This document shows positions 16,801 through 22,973 of a stretch of DNA of 32,000 bases, in pieces. A program made the position numbers and the translations under genes. The stretch is from Candidatus Baldrarchaeum yapensis (GTDB lineage Archaea; Asgardarchaeota; Baldrarchaeia; Baldrarchaeales; Baldrarchaeaceae), in NCBI GenBank assembly GCA_016840465.1, contig JAEOSH010000011.1, forward strand, positions 1 through 32,000, read 5' to 3'. The notes below the pieces were generated by a model that had not been told where the DNA came from, made no database searches, and saw only the letters and a list, made by a program, of their open reading frames with translations. Each line of letters starts with the position of its first letter. The stretch's first letter is position 1.

Positions 16801-17427
16801 ATCGGTTATATTGATGCTATTTGCTACCATTTGGGGGTAGCCGCTTTCGTTCACCAGACATGGAATATAGGAGATGTATTGAGTGGCGTGTGTGAAGTTC
16901 ATGCGAATAGTGTAGGTGGAGAAAGGTGCGGAAACGCCACCGAAAATGTAAGTAGTATTGTCCGATATCAACCAAGTCCCTGGGTCATCTCCAACCCTAC
17001 CAGTATAATAATCCATGGCATAGAATCTCCAATATCTCGGAGGATCTGCCGGATATACTTCAAAAATTAGCGAATCGGCATTTGAGATACCCTCATAGGT
17101 AAGAAGATCGAGCCAATCGATTGCTGAGATGTCCTCCAGCGTTGGCGATAGCCCTTGGACTATTATCTGTATCCACCAGTTACCAGTTGTCGCGTTCCAT
17201 ACAGATATGTCGACTGATGAGGGTGGGATTTCATCGTACGGTACCTGTTGTTCCACTTGAGCGCGGGCCGGACTTATGAGGATTGAGAAAGGTACGATTG
17301 ATGATGTTAGTATTAATACCGTAAGAACTGCCGATAGGAAGTACCTTCTGGAAAATGATGTTGGCAAATGCTCGTCACCCATATTTTTCATGCCTATACT
17401 GTTTTTCAAACTTTTTGGCACTTGCAT
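13798..17427 (-). CDS. Large surface protein with transglutaminase-like (TgpA-type) domain, Ig-like repeats, TM anchor and DUF4129-like cytoplasmic tail
   Basis: N-terminal hydrophobic segment; YWRFYAMDYYTG; GISLHFATA...IPARVVLGF...HFWVEVW...WIPFDPSP; many N-x-S/T sequons; C-terminal TM followed by ETPAEF...FERARYG. Start may be 17427, 17391 or 17382. Confidence 0.85.
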   Translation of the reverse strand: MQVPKSLKNSIGMKNMGDEHLPTSFSRRYFLSAVLTVLILTSSIVPFSILISPARAQVEQQVPYDEIPPSSVDISVWNATTGNWWIQIIVQGLSPTLEDISAIDWLDLLTYEGISNADSLIFEVYPADPPRYWRFYAMDYYTGRVGDDPGTWLISDNTTYIFGGVSAPFSTYTIRMNFTHATQYISYIPCLVNESGYPQMVANSINITDALEVAISRDNYGAVILDASFSSSGTSYLEYKVNYVEINLTKISMHSLPPNETTIGEDLKQYLQIPENDLPESVKSFITSTFSRLEGNSTFEIALKVLLFYQEVFSYDLEMLYHGSSDKPTSDEDWVAWFIRRKSGISLHFATAYAITLRLLKIPARVVLGFLPGVKEGDVRKVYAYHLHFWVEVWIPYEENGVIRGAWIPFDPSPYIYSYLMTNGVCDPYVVNPQVALLLSAQSDLRTTYVERGHSFQLNGTLIAENPTIVWKIRDEILEFYDSSVSRVLGKNVTNNFGNAVFNDVFLDNYVVGNHTFRADWVVTSDGTKYIIASGQTSLFFTGDVLIVCDKPRNNSEVIRGKQLEIGGMLVDKWIYDKKNGTEMGVIGVNSEIWIILNGVKGRTLQLTNDGKFGGAMYVSISESLGPANMTLYFPGYVVNGVTLLNSTKAFVNVTIFATCKLSVNAEDHVFRNHTFSVNASVVLDNNTIINGTFTLSFINKNKTISNTNRCLWNVFVPIDQPIGYYLLNVTFDPGHPYVKLANIQKKVAVVMNATCIFDVQDSNVTRGEESLILFGEVLNETDDPVSNAPISVELINAKTGKETSMGQVFYTNESGQFIANVTIPYEVEVGNYTILLFSNETIKLTLAMEHYIIINARTEINVNVTPPPPYLEGEEVLVEGRLTDDRGTPISGAVIYVGEKNTTTDAYGHFNITCNAPSADGKNGRFFLSVLYMGSLYYLPSNYQKAFDIFSNVTITLHANKSARPGDKIPIVVNVVTDNSTPVDGRLVIIYVNNTEIRATNIGNGTYICTYVVEDLGRRSYVLSIRAELRCKLYNGTKIFSSGEFIVNVTAEGAPLGISGTVEIAVYVVATVAAVSMVAYYFKKRIKREEKKKGILMHLQKRVDRINDLVRRRRFREAVLEGYKLYEELILLYYHVKRSRGETPAEFARRISERYGLGYDMLLRIVRTFERARYGIKSIGVDEYRSFVEALSKIYKEVTGGILSLAKS

Positions 17428-17436
17428 TCCGATATC

Positions 17437-17715
17437 TTAACCGCGTAAAGATCTCCTTCTTGAGAAACGCTCGATGAATGACCTTATCGCGATCTCTTTC
17501 TCAAAATATTCGTCGAGATCCCGTGACAATTTCTCCTCTATGACCTCCTTTACTGCTGTTTTTATTAACAACGGGAAGTCTATTTCTCTAATTGCTCTTC
17601 TCAGTTCTTCTTTTATTATCCGTTCGAGATACTCCTTTATCTCGTCAAAAATTTGCCTTTTTAAAAACTCAGAAGATCGAGAGTCAATGTTTCCACTCGA
17701 TGAGGATTGCGACAT
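17437..17715 (-). CDS. Small acidic/basic helical hypothetical protein (92 aa)
   Basis: Fills the gap exactly between PAC2 (10 nt) and the transglutaminase gene (9 nt); amphipathic helical pattern. Confidence 0.7.
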   Translation of the reverse strand: MSQSSSSGNIDSRSSEFLKRQIFDEIKEYLERIIKEELRRAIREIDFPLLIKTAVKEVIEEKLSRDLDEYFEKEIAIRSFIERFSRRRSLRG

Positions 17716-17725
17716 AGCTTTGCAC

Positions 17726-18553
17726 CTAGCTTATGTACTCTGGCGGCTTCCTCTCCTCTACTTTCCTTGTAACTCTTCTTTCCGCTTGCAGAAATCTTCT
17801 CTTCATTGCCTCCGCCAACTTAACAACTCTCTCGGCCTCGCGGTGGAGAGCAGATGTGTTGATATCCAAGTTAAACAGTTTACATATCACATCCACTAAT
17901 GCCTTAGAGGCCGCTGGATCCTTTGGTATCCCTACAAGCCTATCAATCATGTAGCAGGCTTCTCCTAAGAATATGAGACCGTCAGCGCCGTAAAGCGTGC
18001 TTGCAATTATGGGGACTAAACCGTTCATTCCAGTAATTACACCTTCCCTTAATACCTGTACGTGGGATACTCGAGATGTAACAAATGATATTATTTCGTT
18101 GGACGTCCCCGTTACGTACACCTTGGGATTCAATGTGGGTTCATCGATAGGGGATGCTGCAAGAGCAATTACCATCTTTGCTCCCATACTCACAACCGTT
18201 CTTGCCACGAAGTCGGATAACATGTTCATTCCTATTACTGACGTTGGTTGCCACTCCCCACTGATAAATATGAAATCATTTTCAAGTTTATCATTCTTCC
18301 AGACATAAATTCCGCAGGCGGGCGCTAAAAGCCTACCTTCCAAGGTGACCTTGACGTTTGGTGGGAAATCCGCAGAATATATTTCTGCAACTTTGACGGC
18401 ATTTGTATTTTTTATCAAAAAATCAACTGCTGTTTTTCCAGCAAGGGCGATGCCGGGCATCCCTTGTATACACACTGGGTTCTTTAATTTCAGCGAATCA
18501 AGTTGTGTGAGTTCTCTCATCTGCACCTCTAAAAGTACGCTTTTCTCCTCCAT
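17726..18553 (-). CDS. PAC2 family (archaeal proteasome assembly chaperone-like) protein
   Basis: IQGMPGIALAGKTAVDFLI, AEIYSADFPPNV, GEWQP, ITGMNGL, DPAASKALV, C-terminal EYIS. Confidence 0.9.
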   Translation of the reverse strand: MEEKSVLLEVQMRELTQLDSLKLKNPVCIQGMPGIALAGKTAVDFLIKNTNAVKVAEIYSADFPPNVKVTLEGRLLAPACGIYVWKNDKLENDFIFISGEWQPTSVIGMNMLSDFVARTVVSMGAKMVIALAASPIDEPTLNPKVYVTGTSNEIISFVTSRVSHVQVLREGVITGMNGLVPIIASTLYGADGLIFLGEACYMIDRLVGIPKDPAASKALVDVICKLFNLDINTSALHREAERVVKLAEAMKRRFLQAERRVTRKVEERKPPEYIS

Positions 18554-18813
18554 CTGATGACACCATATAGAAGATTAAACACGTAACTTAAAATACTTGC
18601 TCATGAGGATAAGTTCTCTAAAAGCACCGAACATAAATTATGTGACTTGATCTTATCACGGTAACCGAAATCTTCTATGCGTCGTTGCGATGATGTACAC
18701 GTTTCTTAAACTTTCCTCGTTGCTCTAATTCTTCCTATTAAGTGAGTTTACATTTCGGAATTACCCATGAAACCAACAATATGCGGTTCAGAATTTTAAG
18801 ACAAAAATTACAC

Positions 18814-18820
18814 TTATAGG
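18814..18820 (+). promoter_or_regulatory. Candidate TATA box (TTATAGG) for the sRNA-roadblock-purB transcript, flanked by a 7-bp inverted repeat
   Basis: TTATA begins 30 nt upstream of the predicted sRNA 5' end (18844); AAATTAC at 18805-18811 and GTAATTT at 18821-18827. Confidence 0.45.
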
Positions 18821-18843
18821 GTAATTTGCGTTTTGAAAAATAT

Positions 18844-18904
18844 GGCGATGATGAAAATTCCTTTAGCGTACGGTACGGATGAAGACCGACAGGCGGTCTG
18901 AGCC
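18844..18904 (+). ncRNA. Box C/D 2'-O-methylation guide sRNA
   Basis: GGC/GCC terminal stem; box C ATGATGA (18848-18854); box D CTGA (18898-18901); degenerate D'/C' (CGTA, GGATGA); 61 nt long. AATTCCTTTA is the exact reverse complement of the conserved archaeal 16S segment UAAAGGAAUU. Confidence 0.72.
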
Positions 18905-18932
18905 AACTCTACCCACTAAAGGGTGAGATGTT

Positions 18933-19313
18933 TTGTCGACAGAAATAGAGAGGGCGAGACAACTGCTACAAAATTTGGTTTCAACATCACCGAACATCGA
19001 AATTTGCACTCTGATATCAAGTCAAGGACTGCCCATGATCACAATCGGAAGTTCTCAAGTCGATGACCGCGTTATTGCCGTAACGACACTCACTCTTTTC
19101 TCTGTGGCCAGAAAGGCGTTAAATGAGTTGAAGAGGGGCGATATTAAGAAGATGTTGATAGAGGGAGAGAATGAGTATGTTATATTAGCAAGTATTAATA
19201 ATCAGGGCTTCCTTGTGGCAATTACTAGGAGCAAGAACGTAAACTTGGGACTTATACTCATGAGCATGTCCCGGGCGGTTGAGGAGTTGACCAAAATACT
19301 GACTGCCAAATAG
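18933..19313 (+). CDS. Roadblock/LC7 (MglB/LAMTOR-like) domain protein
   Basis: 126 aa; LISSQGLPM, RKALNELKRGDIKKMLIEGENEYVIL, VNLGLILMSM are typical roadblock motifs; GGTGA SD 6 nt before TTG. Confidence 0.9.
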   Translation: MSTEIERARQLLQNLVSTSPNIEICTLISSQGLPMITIGSSQVDDRVIAVTTLTLFSVARKALNELKRGDIKKMLIEGENEYVILASINNQGFLVAITRSKNVNLGLILMSMSRAVEELTKILTAK

Positions 19314-19370
19314 CGTTACCTTTACATATATTAGTAACAATGTTGCTCGGCGGAAAAAGGAGGTGCGCCT

Positions 19371-20741
19371 GTGTCTCAGGGCTTTTTGATACACCCTATA
19401 GATTACAGATATGGAACCCCAGAAATGAAAAAAATATTCGATAGAAGAAGTTGGCTTCAGAAGATGTTGGAAGTAGAGGCGGCGTTAGCACGCGCACATG
19501 CTGAAGTTGGAAATATTCCGAAAGAGGCGGCGGATGAAATTTCTAAGAAGGCATCCCTCGAGTTTGTAAAGTTAGAGAGGGTTAATGATATAGAGGCCGT
19601 TATTAAACATGAAACTATGGCAGTTGTCAAGGCATTTGCAGAGGCTTGTGGGGAGTACGGAAAGTATATTCACTTAGGCGCAACAAGTTCCGACATTTTA
19701 GACACCGTCTTGGCATTACAGCTTAAAGAGGCCATAGATCTGGTGGAAAAAAGGCTCATAGAATTATGCAAGATTCTTGTGAGTCTTGCTGAGGAACACA
19801 AGGATACTATTTGTGTCGGAAGAACACACGGACAACACGCACTACCTTACACTTTGGGGCACAAATTTGCGGTATGGGCCTATGAGGTCAAACTACATAT
19901 AGAGAGGCTTAGAGAATGCAGGAAGCGTGTATGCGTTGGTAAAATGAGCGGTGCAGTTGGCACATATGCCGGATTTGGCAAGCATGCGAAACTTATCGAA
20001 AAACTCACTATGGAGTATCTGGGAATAAAACCCGCGGAGATTTCGACGCAGATAGTGCCTCGTGATAGACTTGCGGAGCTTCTATGCCTCCTTGCGCTGA
20101 TTTCCAGTTCTCTTGACAAATTTGCAAGAGAGATTAGGAACTTGCAGAGGACGGAGATAAGGGAATTGGAGGAGCCTTTTGCAGAGGAAACACAAGTCGG
20201 TTCGAGTACCATGAGTCACAAGAGGAATCCCATAAATTGTGAGAGGGTTTGTGCGCTCGCGAAGGTCTTAAGAGGCATTGCCGTTGCGGCGCTTGAAAAT
20301 GTGGTCTTGGAACATGAACGGGATCTCACAAACAGTGCGTGCGAGAGAGCAATAATTCCGGAAGCGTTTGTTCTACTAGACGAGCAACTAGTTACAATGA
20401 TTAAAGTTTTTCGGGGGCTCAGAATTTATCCAGAAAATATGGAGAGAAATCTGCATCTGACGAAGGGGCTCATACTTTCCGAGAATGTGATGCTTAGACT
20501 AGCAGAGAAAGGAATAGGACGCCAAGAGGCTCACGAAATTGTTAGAAGATGCGCGATGAAAGTTTATTCCACCGGAAAAACGTTTGCCGAGGTGCTTAAG
20601 AAAGACCCTGTTGTGAGAAAACACCTATCAGAGGATGAAATAGACGAGCTACTCAATCCCTACAATTACATAGGCATCGCATCGGAGAAGGTGGTAGAGG
20701 TCACGAATGAAATTAAAGAATTCCTGAGAAATCTCGAATAA
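19371..20741 (+). CDS. purB: Adenylosuccinate lyase
   Basis: HPIDYRYG, KHETMA, YIHLGATSSDI, GRTHGQHA, GKMSGAVGT, GSSTMSHKRNP, EHERDLTNS; GGAGGTG SD before GTG. Confidence 0.96.
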   Translation: MSQGFLIHPIDYRYGTPEMKKIFDRRSWLQKMLEVEAALARAHAEVGNIPKEAADEISKKASLEFVKLERVNDIEAVIKHETMAVVKAFAEACGEYGKYIHLGATSSDILDTVLALQLKEAIDLVEKRLIELCKILVSLAEEHKDTICVGRTHGQHALPYTLGHKFAVWAYEVKLHIERLRECRKRVCVGKMSGAVGTYAGFGKHAKLIEKLTMEYLGIKPAEISTQIVPRDRLAELLCLLALISSSLDKFAREIRNLQRTEIRELEEPFAEETQVGSSTMSHKRNPINCERVCALAKVLRGIAVAALENVVLEHERDLTNSACERAIIPEAFVLLDEQLVTMIKVFRGLRIYPENMERNLHLTKGLILSENVMLRLAEKGIGRQEAHEIVRRCAMKVYSTGKTFAEVLKKDPVVRKHLSEDEIDELLNPYNYIGIASEKVVEVTNEIKEFLRNLE

Positions 20742-20743
20742 CG

Positions 20744-22972
20744 TTACGTGCTAAAATCGAATATCGTAGTTTGCTTGATGATTTTTCTTCTTTCCTTTGG
20801 AACCTCCTCGGTTATCTGCTCACCACCTATTTGTTCTCTTATCTTCTTTATCGTTTCAGGGCCTATTCCAGGAACCATCAGAAGATCACTATTTCTTGCC
20901 CTTCTCAGGTCTTCTATACTCTTATATCCATAATTATACAATGCCCTCGCCTTGATACGCCCTATTCCCTTAAGCGATACGAGTTCAAGAAGTTCCTCTT
21001 TAACTCCATGTTTCACCCGTAACTCTAACCTTTCTAATTCTTTAACGCGATCTTTAAGTTCGAAGAGCCTTGCTATCTCCTTTGCGGCATATACGAGCCA
21101 ACCAGCCGTTTCAGCGTATCTTAAGAGATCGCCGGAGCCTAAATTATATTTATCAAGTATTTCGTCCTCGCTTTTCTCATTTATCCAGTCATATATCATC
21201 AGAGCGGTTTTCAGCGATGCCAGATACTCTTCAAACTCCCACGGGTTAAAATCTGGATCTGGGCTTTTTATGAGGAGTTCGTCTTCCTTTTCGTATAGGA
21301 CTTCCATCAGAACCTCATAGTCCCGCTTACTTATGTGTAGTTTAGGCATATCTGGTGTGTAACTTATTAGATGTAGGTATGCAAGTTCATCTACATGCCC
21401 GCCGTCAATGGGCAGATGCTTTCTTATTATAATAGCGCTCATGGGGTCGATATAAAGTTCGGATACCCGCTTTCCAAATAGCGTTGGCAGAAAGAATCTC
21501 TCCCTCTGCTCTATGAGCCCCTCCCCTGTTAAAAACATAAGAGTATCTCTAATATCGTTTAGAATAGTATCTGCTTTAAATCTGTACCCCCAGAAGGTTT
21601 TTCCTAAGAATTTTATTATCAGCCCCTCGGTGTTTGCATAACCGGTTGCTATCATCGCGAGGAGATGAAACCTGAGGGCTGATGGTGTTGCCAGCTTCGA
21701 AGTTATCTCCTCCGGCTCTCCGAACACGTACCTCTCAAACAGGTATCTCCTTTCCTCCTCGCTCTTAGCTATGAGAATCGCCTCTCCCAAGTCGTCATAC
21801 TTGGGTCTTCCGGCCCTTCCCGCCTGCTGCTTATATTCGAGTACCGGCAATTCTTCGTAGCCGTATTCCGGGCTGTATCTGTGGTGATCTCTTATAATTA
21901 CCCTCCTAGCGGGAAGATTCACTCCCGCTGCAAGTGTGGGTGTTGCACAAACGACCTTTATTAGGTTTTCGCGAAAACTTCTCTCAATAATCTTCCTATG
22001 CTCATACCTCAGCCCGGCGTGATGGTATGCTACGCCGTGCTCTATCAACTCGGATAATCTTTTGCTTTGCTTTGTGGTCTCGCCATGTTTTAATATTTCA
22101 TTCGCCAATCTTTTCAACTGCTCTTTCTCACGATTATTGAGGTATTTGTTAAGGTATCTTGCAATTCTTGCCGATAATGCTACTGTGGATTTTCTGGTAG
22201 ACAGAAATACGAGGGCTTGTCCTCCGTTGTTGAGCGTATCGAGCACTATATTAACTGCGGGATCACTGTCGACTATTGGTATCGTCACATACGTTCCATC
22301 GTTGAATTCTATCTCTCCTCTGAAGTACACGCCCTCTCTTAGGTATACTGGTCGCCAGTTGCTCAGTATTAGTTCTGCGTTCAGCCATTCGGCAATTTCT
22401 TGAGCGTTCTTGATTGTAGCACTTAGTGCAAGAACTTGAGCATCAGGTCTCATCTGCATTAATCTTGCAAGAACAACCTCCAACGTGGGGCCACGTTTTT
22501 GATCCGTAATCAAGTGTATTTCATCCGCAACTATGACCTTAACGTCCTTTAGCCACTTTGCATGATGGCGAATCAGCGAATCCGCTTTCTCGTTTGTAGT
22601 AACAATGATATTATAATTCTCAAGCCAAGGGTCGGATGAATCATAGTCTCCAGTCGATAATGCGACTCTTAAGTCTATTTTCTCGTATTTAGAAAATTCT
22701 TCGTACTTCTCATTTGCAAGAGCCCTCAATGGAACCATATAGAGGGCCTTGCCGCCCTCCTCAAATATTTTCTTCAGAATTGCGAGTTCTGCCACAAGTG
22801 TTTTTCCTGAGGCTGTTGGAGCAGAAATAACAACATTTCTTCCCTTGAGGACTCCTTTCTTGACAGCTTCCTCCTGTGGCGGAAAGAGTTCAGTGATTCC
22901 TTCGGATATGAGCAGATTCTTTGCTCGCTCCGGTATGTCAAGTTGCTCTATTTTAATGTCAAAACCCTCCAC
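20744..22972 (-). CDS. hel308: Ski2-like SF2 DNA helicase Hel308/Hjm
   Basis: APTASGKT, DEIH, ALSAT, GVAYHHAGL, ATPTLAAGVNLPA, QQAGRAGRP, C-terminal HhH (LKGIGRIKAR) and PIP-like QTTIFDF. ORF is open to 23011; GTG 22972 right after the mcm stop is the likelier start. Confidence 0.95.
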   Translation of the reverse strand: MEGFDIKIEQLDIPERAKNLLISEGITELFPPQEEAVKKGVLKGRNVVISAPTASGKTLVAELAILKKIFEEGGKALYMVPLRALANEKYEEFSKYEKIDLRVALSTGDYDSSDPWLENYNIIVTTNEKADSLIRHHAKWLKDVKVIVADEIHLITDQKRGPTLEVVLARLMQMRPDAQVLALSATIKNAQEIAEWLNAELILSNWRPVYLREGVYFRGEIEFNDGTYVTIPIVDSDPAVNIVLDTLNNGGQALVFLSTRKSTVALSARIARYLNKYLNNREKEQLKRLANEILKHGETTKQSKRLSELIEHGVAYHHAGLRYEHRKIIERSFRENLIKVVCATPTLAAGVNLPARRVIIRDHHRYSPEYGYEELPVLEYKQQAGRAGRPKYDDLGEAILIAKSEEERRYLFERYVFGEPEEITSKLATPSALRFHLLAMIATGYANTEGLIIKFLGKTFWGYRFKADTILNDIRDTLMFLTGEGLIEQRERFFLPTLFGKRVSELYIDPMSAIIIRKHLPIDGGHVDELAYLHLISYTPDMPKLHISKRDYEVLMEVLYEKEDELLIKSPDPDFNPWEFEEYLASLKTALMIYDWINEKSEDEILDKYNLGSGDLLRYAETAGWLVYAAKEIARLFELKDRVKELERLELRVKHGVKEELLELVSLKGIGRIKARALYNYGYKSIEDLRRARNSDLLMVPGIGPETIKKIREQIGGEQITEEVPKERRKIIKQTTIFDFST

Positions 22973-22973
22973 A

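Noticed and set aside
17474-17954. 141-aa and 73-aa plus-strand ORFs
   Set aside because: Antisense shadows of the 92-aa and PAC2 genes, which fit the operon spacing exactly.
18686-18750. ATGATGT box C-like word in the PAC2/sRNA gap
   Set aside because: No CTGA at a suitable distance, no terminal stem and no recognisable guide.
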